A stretch of 64,000 bases of DNA, taken from assembly GCA_963695345.1 (NCBI GenBank), contig OY968769.1:320001-384000 (forward strand), written 5' to 3'. Position numbers and translations under genes: made by a program. Positions 22,201-30,993 of the stretch are shown in pieces (position 1 is the stretch's first letter; each line of letters opens with the position of its first letter). The stretch comes from an uncultured Methanomassiliicoccales archaeon. Lineage in GTDB: Archaea > Thermoplasmatota > Thermoplasmata > Methanomassiliicoccales > UBA472. The notes beneath the pieces were generated by a model that had not been told where the DNA came from, searched no databases, and was given only the letters and a program-made list of their open reading frames with translations.

Positions 22201-22634
22201 GCGACGGCATTGATCAATTGAACTATGTATGCTTCCAGATCATCCTGTATGGGACCGTCGCCAATAAACGCCCGCTCGTTCTCTATGAAAGCCGTAGGAG
22301 TAATACTGGTCCCGGTGTGGAAAGCAGCATTGAAATCAAGGAAAAGATAGTAATTTGTGGTGTTATGGGCTATTTCCAATTTATAAAAAGTAACTTCAGG
22401 ATATTCTAGGATGAGAGCATCCATCCACGGTTCTAGGGCTGCGCAGTGCGAGCAACCGATGGCCCAGAAGTAGTATACGACGACACCGCTTTCTCCATCC
22501 CCCAGAGTAGTGGAGCTTATGGAGGCGTTCGTCACATTGTCTTCGATCTGTGTGACGGTGAGCTTGCTGCCTCCTTGACCGGCAAGACCGGTAACGAATG
22601 CCAGTGAAAGCACCAGCGTCAATGCGATGACCAA
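19239..22634 (-). CDS. Thioredoxin-like (CSHC) domain + 8 FN3 domains + CcdA/DsbD-beta-type transmembrane redox domain
   Basis: VYYFWAIGCSHC and the cis-Pro loop ITPTAFI; eight P.AP..L...G...LTW.AP...YYY.V.A.N..G repeats; AVDSINPCAI and FELPCTGGIYLAIL within a 6-TM domain. Confidence 0.9.
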   Translation of the reverse strand: MVIALTLVLSLAFVTGLAGQGGSKLTVTQIEDNVTNASISSTTLGDGESGVVVYYFWAIGCSHCAALEPWMDALILEYPEVTFYKLEIAHNTTNYYLFLDFNAAFHTGTSITPTAFIENERAFIGDGPIQDDLEAYIVQLINAVAPSAPQNLSANAGNGNIVLTWSAPTNDGGATITGYKVYRGTTPGGEGVTPIATLGIVLTYTDTGRTNGVTYYYKVCAVNIKGDGTRSIEDSATPVTLPAAPVLTSATSGNAQVVLVWTAPSSNGGSAITNYRIYCGVASGSEVLIDTVGNVLTYTDTGLTNGQIYYYKIRAVNGVGDGPQSNELSSTPATVPTEPQSLVADAKNGYVVLTWSAPANNGGATITGYKVYRGTTSGGQGATPIATLSNVLTFNNTGLTNGATYYYKVSAVNSKGEGVKSIEGLATPLGTPTAVQNIQASPGDAYIVLTWNAPASNGGNAITKYGVWRGTSPGTETYLADAYPNLEFNDTGVTNDQTYYYTVKAENVQGIGPTSSEVSATPSRVKTVSTAPESLTATAGNGRIVLNWTVPVNNGGASITGYKIYRSTTAGNEALYRTLGNTLTLVDQPLINCQTYYYKVSAVNSVGEGEKSAEFSATPGTVPTAPQNFQSSLGDAYINLTWQAPASNGCNAITHYKVWRGTNQGNETLLADTGNKLWYNDTGLTNGHIYYYKVNAVNSIGNGPNSTEANATPATLPTAIHNLQTSLGDAYVNLTWLPPVENGGSAVTNYEVWRGTTSGAEKLLANASSVLWYNDTGLTNGVTYYYFVRAVNAQGPSPSSGEVNATPARTLIAPLAPQNLVVTAAKGQVTLSWNEPTTNGSDPLLGYAIFRGTSLESMKLLTTVTSTAYTDTGLTNDQVYYYQVCGYSTAGNGTMTEAISATPRGGYSSDLTIGMVIAAAAVDSINPCAISVMIFLLLFLTSLGNRRRVLLVGIAYIVTVFLVYFMAGVGLLTFLQSTAMTRYVYYGAAVLSIIIGLINIKDYFFPGNKPTVAIPESRKPLIKKYIEKASVPAAVVLGAMVSLFELPCTGGIYLAILSLVGDSMTLEQGIPYLALYNLIFVLPLAIILAVIYLGVSAEKANEWRLEKRSKLRLVVGLVMLVLGVVMLFGVV

Positions 22635-23462
22635 TAGCGAACGTGATTTCGAGTAAATATATATCCCCCCATTAATATGAAATGCAATTTTCCCCTGACC
22701 CCGGGACTTCGATTATATTGACAGATCACCGATAAGGTCAAGATGAAGCGGACAAGAATTGCCTTTCTCTCACCCTCAGAATGGCGATTCATTAGGAGTA
22801 TATTTATTGTTTTGTCCATTGATTGTCTAATTGGACCAGATAACGATGATATTATCCCTAATGGGCAGTGTGTCTGATGCCTAACGGAATAGGAAATTCT
22901 CATCCGCATAGATCATTTAGTTCCTATGATTTAGCCCTGCTCTCCTCTCTGAGACACCGATCGGGCTATTCATTCCCAGAATGGGGATTCTATTGAGTGC
23001 GAGGCTGTGTTGATTCTTACGGCTGGAGGAGCGGAGGTTCATGAAGAATTATGTCGAGCACCCATAGTTCCAAATTTCTGACTTTTGCATTCTGCCCCTT
23101 CCATCCAATGGACAGTTTGTTACCGTCCGCACCTTGTCCCGACTCAATGGATCGGATTTGGCTATTTCCACCATTAGATTGGTCAGGATCGATACGGCTC
23201 AAGAATCAATTCCCATATTCCATCACCAAGCCCCTACCGTGAACCATCTCCAACTTCCCCCTATCCGATAGAACCCGGACGTTCGGAAAAAGGACGTATC
23301 AGACTAAATTATCATGTATCACTTCCATGAAATAATATTGACACTGAAATAAATGCCAGTTATGGAGATAGCGGACCGGACGTCGGCATTTGCCAGTAGG
23401 GCATCGGATCATGAGAGGTATCGAACCCCAGTACCCATCGACCGACGGCGGTTGCCTCGAGC

Positions 23463-26400
23463 CTACCTGGTCCTTCGTCTGTTGAACAGCACCAGACCGG
23501 CCACCAGAAGTGCGGCGACGATCCCCAGTCCGGCCATCGCCACGATGGGCAGCGGGCTGTCGCTCAGGTCGGCTAGTCCAGTCTTGATCTCGCCGAGGCT
23601 CGCCACTATTCTGTGGGTGCTGTGGTGGTACTGGAAGTACAGGATCCACGAGGAGTTCGTGGAACTGAGCTGATACTCCATGGAGTTCCCGTCAAGGAAC
23701 ACCTTCATCTCGGTCCCGTTGGCCACCAGTTCCTTGCTGACGACTATCCGGGAGTATCCTTCAGTGCCAGGATCGCCGCTCACGTTGAAGGTCAGTTTCT
23801 TGCTGCCGGAATTGAACGAAAGGTCGGTGATGGCCGAGTTCGACTGGACCGTCAGGACGTATTTGTCCAATGATGAGGTGATCGCCAGGCTCTTCATCGA
23901 TGTCGATGCCTGGTAGACCGCGTTGCCCGCCCAGGTGCCTCTCAGCATGTATATGCCGGTCGCGGTGGGGATCCATTGGGAGGAGAAGTTGCCGGAAGGG
24001 GTCGTATTGACCGATGGCATGTCTATCCAGACCAGACCGTTGTTGATGCTGTACGCGAGGTCGATGCTCAGTCCCGCGACCGGCGTCTCCCCGATGGTGG
24101 TCTTGACATTACCGCTCACCGTCATAGCCGCCCCGATGGTGCTGGACGATTCAGTCTCCAGGTCCAGGGTGATCGCGGTGGAGGCGGAGACCGGTCCGAT
24201 CTGCCTGCTCGGGGCCGAGCTTCCCAGCTGATTGACGGCCCTGATGACGTAGTAGTAGTCCGCCCCCAGGGTTATCGCCATGTCGGTGTAGGAGTTGCTG
24301 GCGGTGTTGTCCAGCAGCGATTCCGATCCGGCGACCATTCCTTTGTAGACATTGTACGTGATCGGGTATCCGCCGTTGTCACCAGGTACGGACCAGTTGA
24401 GTACAATCCCGCTGTCGATCGTCGAAGCCGTAGCGTTGAGCGGTTCGGACGGTACGGTCTGGGTCGGTGTCACGATTACGTAGGTGCTCGGACCGGCCCC
24501 GGCCGGGTTGTGTGCCGCCAGAGTGAAGTTGTAGCTTTGCCCATTCGTCAGGCCAGCGATCATGCAGGTCAGACCGATGGGGTCGTCGGGTAGGGCGGTC
24601 CCGTCCCGATAGAGGACATAGTGGTCGATGGCGGCCCCTCCGTTGCTGCCGGGGGCGGTCCATGCCAGGGCTGCGAACCCGTTGCCAGCGGTGGCCGTCA
24701 ATCCAGTCGGAACTCCCGGTAACGTGTACGGTGTTGTCTGCACGGCGGCCGATTTGGCACTGGTGCCGATGACGTTGTGGGAGGCGACGGCGAATGAGAT
24801 GGACTGTCCGTTCGGGAGTCCGGTGACGGATACGGTATTGCCGCCGACGTGCAGGACATCGATGTCGTTCTGATAAACGACATAGTAGTCGATGGCCGAT
24901 CCTCCGTTGTCGCCGACCGGCGACCATGCCAGATCTACCCGCCCGTCACCTGGCGTGGCGGTCAGGTCGCTGGGGATTCCGGGGAAGGTGAGCGCTGGTC
25001 TCGGGGTCGCCGTTACCGTGGCCGCCTTTGCCCCCACTCCCGCCAGGTTATGAGCGGAGACGGTATAATCGTATGACTGCCCGTAGGACAATCCCCTGGA
25101 AATGTAGGATGTATCAGTGCTGTGGTTCACATCGACCCCGTTCAGATAGATGATGTAGTAGTCGATGGCCGATCCGCCATTGGACAGCGGGGCCGTCCAA
25201 TTGATCGATATCTGGAGGTTGCCGGGTACGGCCGTAAGCCCGGTAGGCGCGTCCGGCACGGTGATCGGGGTCGCCCCCGCGGATACGGATTGAGCACCCA
25301 CGCCAGCGGGATTATGCGCGGCCACGGTGAAGGTATAGGCCTTTCCGTTGACCAGGCCGGGGATGGTGGTCATCGGACCGGTCAGCTGATATGGCAACGC
25401 CCCTCCGTCCTGATACACCACGTAGTAGTCGATCGCACCTCCGCCATTGACTTCCGGCGCGGTCCAGTTCAAGGTTGCCTGACCATTTCCGGCTATGGCC
25501 ATCAGCCCCGTCGGGGCGTTGGCCACTGTGCACGGGGTTTCCGAGATGGAGGTCGAGTTCGCGCCAATGCCAGCACTGTTATGCGCGGCGACGGCAAAGG
25601 AGTAGGATTTGCCGTTCAGCAGTCCGTTGATCGTCCCGGAATTGACGGTGAAATGCTGGACGTCGATGTCGTCCTGATAGACCACATAGTAATCGATGGA
25701 AGCCCCGCCGTTGTTCGCCGGTGCGGTCCACGACAGGTCGACCTTTCCGTTCCCCGGGGTGGAGATCAGGCCGATCGGTGCACCAGGCGGGTCCGCCCTC
25801 GGAGCGGCTGACAACTGGGCCGATGCTCCGTGTCCTCTCGAGTTGCAGGCCACCACGACGAAATCATAGGTTTGGCCATTGATCAGCTGACCGATCACGG
25901 CATAGGTCTGCGAAGTGTGCGCCACCGGATTAACGGTCAGGTCCGTGCCCAGGTAGATCTCGTAGTAGTCCAGCGCCCCGCCGGTATAGGCAGGCGCGGA
26001 CCAGGTAACGTTCACAGCCTGATTGAGAGGAGTAGCAGACAAGCGGGTCGGTGCATCTGGGATTCCCAGCGGCGTGACCGACATCGGAGTGCTCTTTAGG
26101 CCATCTCCGGCCGCGTTATGCATGGCGACGGAGAAACTGTATGTTCGGCCGTTGGTCAAGCCTGGGATGGTTATCTGGTTGTCGAGGCTGTGCATGACGT
26201 CTATGCCATCCTGATAGACGATGTTGTATAGGATCGGCAATCCTCCGGTGTCGGATCGCCCGCCGGGATTGTAGCATTCGATGTAAGCCACCCCATCCCC
26301 CGGAGTGGCATCGAAAAAGCCGATCTGACCAGGTGTGTTGATCGGGTAAGCGTCATCAGGTAAACTTTGCGGTCCGGTTCCAATGGCATTGTGTGCCGCC

Positions 26401-26732
26401 ACTGTCCAGACGTATGGATCCCAATTCATCGGATTGACGTAGACATATTGAATTGCGACGGTCGTCGCCAATCCGGTCGGGTGATCGGGGAGCTCGATAC
26501 CGTCCTTATAGATGACGTAGTAGTCGATGGCGGCGCCCCCGTCGGAAGCAGGCACCACCCAGCTCAGTGACACTTGGTTGATGCCCGATTCGGCTGCCAG
26601 TCCGGTCGGAGCCTCCGGCTGTGTCGCATCCGCTGCGGATACGTTGAGCGTTCCTAACAAGACAAATGCGCTTAAAAATAGGAACAACGCCACGACTGCG
26701 GTCTTTGCGATCTTTATGGATTTCTCCCCCAT
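23463..26732 (-). CDS. Surface protein with about 9 FN3 domains, an Ig-like domain and a C-terminal TM anchor
   Basis: Signal peptide; nine FN3 units (W.AP..NGG.AIDYYVVYQDG...YSF.VAAHN.AG); juxtamembrane domain SNSAITDLSFN...YHHSTH; TM followed by NRRRTR. Confidence 0.9.
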   Translation of the reverse strand: MGEKSIKIAKTAVVALFLFLSAFVLLGTLNVSAADATQPEAPTGLAAESGINQVSLSWVVPASDGGAAIDYYVIYKDGIELPDHPTGLATTVAIQYVYVNPMNWDPYVWTVAAHNAIGTGPQSLPDDAYPINTPGQIGFFDATPGDGVAYIECYNPGGRSDTGGLPILYNIVYQDGIDVMHSLDNQITIPGLTNGRTYSFSVAMHNAAGDGLKSTPMSVTPLGIPDAPTRLSATPLNQAVNVTWSAPAYTGGALDYYEIYLGTDLTVNPVAHTSQTYAVIGQLINGQTYDFVVVACNSRGHGASAQLSAAPRADPPGAPIGLISTPGNGKVDLSWTAPANNGGASIDYYVVYQDDIDVQHFTVNSGTINGLLNGKSYSFAVAAHNSAGIGANSTSISETPCTVANAPTGLMAIAGNGQATLNWTAPEVNGGGAIDYYVVYQDGGALPYQLTGPMTTIPGLVNGKAYTFTVAAHNPAGVGAQSVSAGATPITVPDAPTGLTAVPGNLQISINWTAPLSNGGSAIDYYIIYLNGVDVNHSTDTSYISRGLSYGQSYDYTVSAHNLAGVGAKAATVTATPRPALTFPGIPSDLTATPGDGRVDLAWSPVGDNGGSAIDYYVVYQNDIDVLHVGGNTVSVTGLPNGQSISFAVASHNVIGTSAKSAAVQTTPYTLPGVPTGLTATAGNGFAALAWTAPGSNGGAAIDHYVLYRDGTALPDDPIGLTCMIAGLTNGQSYNFTLAAHNPAGAGPSTYVIVTPTQTVPSEPLNATASTIDSGIVLNWSVPGDNGGYPITYNVYKGMVAGSESLLDNTASNSYTDMAITLGADYYYVIRAVNQLGSSAPSRQIGPVSASTAITLDLETESSSTIGAAMTVSGNVKTTIGETPVAGLSIDLAYSINNGLVWIDMPSVNTTPSGNFSSQWIPTATGIYMLRGTWAGNAVYQASTSMKSLAITSSLDKYVLTVQSNSAITDLSFNSGSKKLTFNVSGDPGTEGYSRIVVSKELVANGTEMKVFLDGNSMEYQLSSTNSSWILYFQYHHSTHRIVASLGEIKTGLADLSDSPLPIVAMAGLGIVAALLVAGLVLFNRRRTR

Positions 26733-27160
26733 TTTGACCCGCCTTAACAGTCATAAGCGATTGAACGCTTAATAATTTAGGTTCCCTATCTACGCTTGTT
26801 CTTGTCCTTGATATTCATCGAAATAGGATGCTCCATCATAGAAAAAAGAAGGAAAAATGCCGGCCTATTTTCGAATTTGATAATGAATGTTAGATGTTGA
26901 ATATTCAGCCAAGAGGTCTCGACCGACCTAGTATTGTTCGTCTTTCTCTGTTAAAAATTCGACCGTTGGGGTTACATGAGCATCCTTTGGTTCGCGTTAG
27001 CCGGATCTTTGCCGAGCACACCAAGGAAGATCGATCACCGATCTCCTTGCCCCCGTTACGGAAGCTTCACTCAGAAAGAAAAACCGTTCCCAGGGATTCA
27101 AAGATTAATGACGACCATCATCCCATTATCGGATGAAATGAGAGGAGGGTAAGGGCGAAC

Positions 27161-27190
27161 AGGCATTCCTCGTCGCCGACGAGATTGCCT
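27161..27190 (-). terminator. Imperfect hairpin just downstream of the DEAD-box helicase gene
   Basis: AGGCA..CTCGTC-GCC-GACGAG..TGCCT, about 16 bp after the stop codon. Confidence 0.4.
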
Positions 27191-27206
27191 GCCCGATAGG
27201 TCCCGC

Positions 27207-28469
27207 TCACTCGTTCCGATATCCCGAGGATGACCTAGACGAATGATTCGATGGGCTGGATCCCTGTCTCCGCGGCCTCGAATGATAGCTCGGCGCTGCC
27301 CTCGACCGGGGAACGCTCTGGACCGGTAGGACCTTCTTGATCTCTGGCTCCGGACGGTGTACGACCTCGATCTCCAGCGGATCGATGCGCTTGTGTGTCC
27401 GGCGCTCGATGTCGCGGATCATGCCGCGTTCCTCCGGCAGGAACAACGATACCGATATGCCTTCCTTTCCCGCCCTTCCAGTCCTGCCGATCCTGTGGAC
27501 GTAGGTGTCAGGGTCCATCGGGGAGTCATAATTGAAAACATAGTCGACATCGGAGATGTCCAGTCCCCGTGCCGCCACATCTGTGGCTACAAGGATCATG
27601 ATCGATCCTTCCTTGAACGCCTTGATGACCTTCTCCCGCTTGTTCTGCGCCACGTCACCGTGGATCGCACCTGCGGGGTAATTTTCGGCCAGCAGCTTCT
27701 TCGTCAGCTGGTCGGTCTTGCGTTTGGTGGCGCAGAAGACCATGGCCTTGGGGTGGGCCGTGTCAAGGATCGTGCACAGCACGTCACGTTTGACCTCCTT
27801 GTCGGCGATGAAATAATACTGCTTCGTGAGGTCCAGGACGGGCTCGTCCTTGGAGACCAGCACTTCCTTGGGGTTGACCATGTGGCTCATGGCCAAGCTC
27901 CTGATCTCCCTGGACATGGTGGCCGAGAACAATAACGACTGCCTCTTCCTCGGCAGGCATCCAAGGATGAAATTGAGGTCCCTGGAGAAGCCCATGTCGA
28001 GCATGCGGTCCGCCTCGTCCAGGACTAGTACGGATATCTTCGAGAGGTCGATGTCGTTATGCTCGATGATGTCCCGGATACGGCCGGGGGTGGCGACGAC
28101 GATGTCGGTACCTTTCCTGAGCTTTTCGATCTGTGGACCGATGCCGACGCCGCCATAGATGGCGACACACTTGTGCCCGGTGAACAGGGAGAGCTTGGAA
28201 AGTTCCTCGTACACTTGGTTGGCCAGTTCCCTGGTGGGAACCAGGACCAATGTCGCAGGTGCCTTCATCCCATGCTTGATCCGCTGCAGGATTATGGTCC
28301 CGTATGTGCCGGTCTTCCCGGTGCCTGTCTGAGCCTCGGCATACATGTCGCCGCCCTTGAGCCCGACCGGTATTGCCGCTATCTGCACCGGCGTAGGCTC
28401 ATTCCAGCCCATGCCGTTCATTGCCCTGATAATCTCGTTTGAGACCTGTAAATCTGTGAAAGTTGTCAC
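27207..28469 (-). CDS. DEAD-box ATP-dependent RNA helicase (DeaD/CshA-like)
   Basis: Q motif PTPVQ, AQTGTGKT, PTRELA, TPGR, LDEADRMLDMGF, SAT, ATDVAARGLD, HRIGRTGRAG; likely GTG start at 28469. Confidence 0.95.
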   Translation of the reverse strand: MTTFTDLQVSNEIIRAMNGMGWNEPTPVQIAAIPVGLKGGDMYAEAQTGTGKTGTYGTIILQRIKHGMKAPATLVLVPTRELANQVYEELSKLSLFTGHKCVAIYGGVGIGPQIEKLRKGTDIVVATPGRIRDIIEHNDIDLSKISVLVLDEADRMLDMGFSRDLNFILGCLPRKRQSLLFSATMSREIRSLAMSHMVNPKEVLVSKDEPVLDLTKQYYFIADKEVKRDVLCTILDTAHPKAMVFCATKRKTDQLTKKLLAENYPAGAIHGDVAQNKREKVIKAFKEGSIMILVATDVAARGLDISDVDYVFNYDSPMDPDTYVHRIGRTGRAGKEGISVSLFLPEERGMIRDIERRTHKRIDPLEIEVVHRPEPEIKKVLPVQSVPRSRAAPSYHSRPRRQGSSPSNHSSRSSSGYRNE

Positions 28470-28824
28470 GATATTCACTCTATGGGAAAATAAAAACGAT
28501 CTGCATTGCCTAACAGACGAATTTGCTTTCAGGCAGTGGTTGCTATTATTGTATTTAAATGTGCGCAACTGACATGTTGTATTGACTAACGACCAAAGGA
28601 ATACTCTCCAGCAATACGGCAGTGAACGAATCGGCTTCCGTTCACGTCCCAGGAGATGGCAAACGATCCGGAAGAATGCTCTGATCTGCTTTCACCATAG
28701 CCAGATTAGGCAAATGATGTAAGTTGCCGAGCCCTCATTATCGCTCTTAACATTAGTTCCAGACTGAACCAAATATATAGGATGTTCAGGATAGGACCTA
28801 GGGTCAATACAGGATGGGAAAGTC

Positions 28825-29178
28825 ATGGGCAATTACCAATTGAACGATAGATGCGTGATCTTCGTTGACCAGATTCTAAACGGTGACAGTAAGGATCGGA
28901 CCAGAGAGGATCTGAGATCCATCAAGCCAGAAGAACTGGCGAAGGATGGGAGATTCAAGACCTCCTGCTGTGAGTACATGGTGGAGAACTTGGACCGGTT
29001 CAAGGAATTGTATGATGGACATATCGGACTGGGGTTCACACTGGACGAGGAGGAGTATTTTGAGGACTTCACCAACTGCCCTTTCTGCGGTGTCCCGATC
29101 TCCTATGCCGTCCGAAAGACATACAAAATGGTCCCGGGGAAAACCGCTGGGCAATGGGTCAAGCAGGAAGAATATTGA
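28825..29178 (+). CDS. Hypothetical protein with CC and CPFC motifs (possible zinc ribbon)
   Basis: TSCCEYM...TNCPFCGVPI. Confidence 0.55.
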   Translation: MGNYQLNDRCVIFVDQILNGDSKDRTREDLRSIKPEELAKDGRFKTSCCEYMVENLDRFKELYDGHIGLGFTLDEEEYFEDFTNCPFCGVPISYAVRKTYKMVPGKTAGQWVKQEEY

Positions 29179-29356
29179 GGGATCTGGAATAAAGTTCGGT
29201 TTGAAAACCCGGTTATTGTTCTGGGGCAAGCTTCCCATCAAGTTGTCCCCTTACTTATCAGGTCCATCTAGAGATAGAGGATAAGGCGGGGAGGGTTCGG
29301 AGGTCAGAGAGCGGTCATGCCACCGTTTCAATTCGATCCATCCGTTCATACTGTCC

Positions 29357-30145
29357 TTAACGGTTCTGGAACACGGCCACGATGAACTGACCGGTAACAT
29401 GGTTACCAGCCATATCGGTCGCGGAAAAGAAGATCGTCCGTCCATCCCAGTCATCATGCGATGCCATGTACGGATCCGTGCTCATGAAAGTACCGTCGTG
29501 ATCGGTATCGTATAGAGTGATATCACCTATGATGCCGATAGATGAAGCGTTGACCCATGCGTTATTGACATCACTGTTTATGCCGGTGACCTTGACGAAG
29601 AAGGATACATTGTCCTGATCGTAGACCGGGGATGGCGTTAGGCCCCGGTTTCCAATGATCGGGGGCGTGCCTTGGTTGTTCGCGATGCCGGCCAACGTTG
29701 CCTGCCAGACGATGTTGTTGGACATCTTGTCAACGATCATCATCCGCACTGCCACACTGCCGCTATACCCGGAAACGACGTAGGACCAAACATGACCGAT
29801 CCTCCAATCCGGACCTATGTTTGGATCGCTCGATGATATGTCTAGCGTCGTCGGCACATCATTCAAGTAGAGCAGAATGATGGTTGACGAACCGCTCAGG
29901 GTCTGTCCTCCCTGGTGGGTTATATTGATGTAGAAGTTCGAACCGGAGACCGCTGTCTGGACACTGAAATCGCTTATGGTCTGTTCCTGCGGTTGGGGCA
30001 TGTTGAGCACGAAGAGCAATACGCCCGAGAACATCGTGACCGTAATGGCCAGGATGAGCAGCTGCCCAATAATCTCAGATACTGCGCTTCGGCTCTTCCT
30101 GATATTCCTGTAGCTCCGATCAGACTTTCCCTTTTTTATTTTCAT
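29357..30145 (-). CDS. Archaeal type IV pilin-like protein (class III signal peptide, Pilin_N/DUF1628-type)
   Basis: Basic leader ...KSRSA|VSEIIGQLLILAITVTMFSGV and the ITHQGGQTL motif. Confidence 0.88.
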   Translation of the reverse strand: MKIKKGKSDRSYRNIRKSRSAVSEIIGQLLILAITVTMFSGVLLFVLNMPQPQEQTISDFSVQTAVSGSNFYINITHQGGQTLSGSSTIILLYLNDVPTTLDISSSDPNIGPDWRIGHVWSYVVSGYSGSVAVRMMIVDKMSNNIVWQATLAGIANNQGTPPIIGNRGLTPSPVYDQDNVSFFVKVTGINSDVNNAWVNASSIGIIGDITLYDTDHDGTFMSTDPYMASHDDWDGRTIFFSATDMAGNHVTGQFIVAVFQNR

Positions 30146-30330
30146 TAGGTTATTGCCTCGGTGCGTCCAGCACTCGGCTCCTGACCGACTTGGCTATTTC
30201 ATTTTTCGGTATTTACGATTTGCGGCGGGCTTGGATGAGGAGAAATGGCCTGGCCATGGCCTAACATCCCTCAAGAGAAGAAAGGTGCCATCTTGGATTC
30301 TTGTCCTAAGATCTCAAACGGAACAGGCAT

Positions 30331-30837
30331 TCACACATTCCTGATAGCCCGCCACTTCTCCACCTTCTCATTGAATGGCATGCCAGCGTTCGCGGGGGAT
30401 GTGGAGGGCAGGGATTTGAAATTCACATCGGTGAATGAACGTTCATCATTTGACCGGAAGAATAGTTTGCTCGCCTTCTGCCCGTTGAAACAAATGCACC
30501 TGACATTGCGATAGTTGGCGGTCAGTTCCAAGAGATCGTTAGACACCCCACCGTTGATCTCAGAATCACCGCTTCCCTCTCTCTCGCATTCCCGTAGGAC
30601 ATCCCAGAGACCGATCCTATTCTGCCTGAGAAAACCGATCTTTTCCGCGTAGCCAGGGCTTTGCTCCAGACCCTGAGGTCTGTCAAATACCGCAAAGACG
30701 ATCCGCCAGAAATTGTTCCTTGGATTGGCGTAGTATTCGCCTTTTTGGAGCGAGATGGTGCTTGGCATCGTTCCCAGGATCAATATCCTTGTGTCGGGAT
30801 CAATGACAGGCGCGAACGAACGCAATTCCTTTGACAC
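30331..30837 (-). CDS. UDG-superfamily DNA glycosylase (DNA-deoxyinosine/hypoxanthine glycosylase-like)
   Basis: ILILGTMPS..SL, YYANPRNNFW, IGLWDV, FNGQKA, LPSTSPAN. Confidence 0.88.
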   Translation of the reverse strand: MSKELRSFAPVIDPDTRILILGTMPSTISLQKGEYYANPRNNFWRIVFAVFDRPQGLEQSPGYAEKIGFLRQNRIGLWDVLRECEREGSGDSEINGGVSNDLLELTANYRNVRCICFNGQKASKLFFRSNDERSFTDVNFKSLPSTSPANAGMPFNEKVEKWRAIRNV

Positions 30838-30993
30838 TTATGTTCCTCGATACGATACAATGAATCACGTTCATTTCACTATCCTCGAACGATCTGAACC
30901 ACATCAAAACCATCGCAAGAAAGGGATTATAGATGTACTTGCATCGGATTAGCTCAACGGTCGTCCAGACGACTGATGGATGGGTGGGTGCAA

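Noticed and set aside
28622-28645. Hairpin GTGAACG-N10-CGTTCAC between the helicase and the 28825 ORF
   Set aside because: A single 7-bp stem without a T-tract or a second copy; not enough to assign a function.
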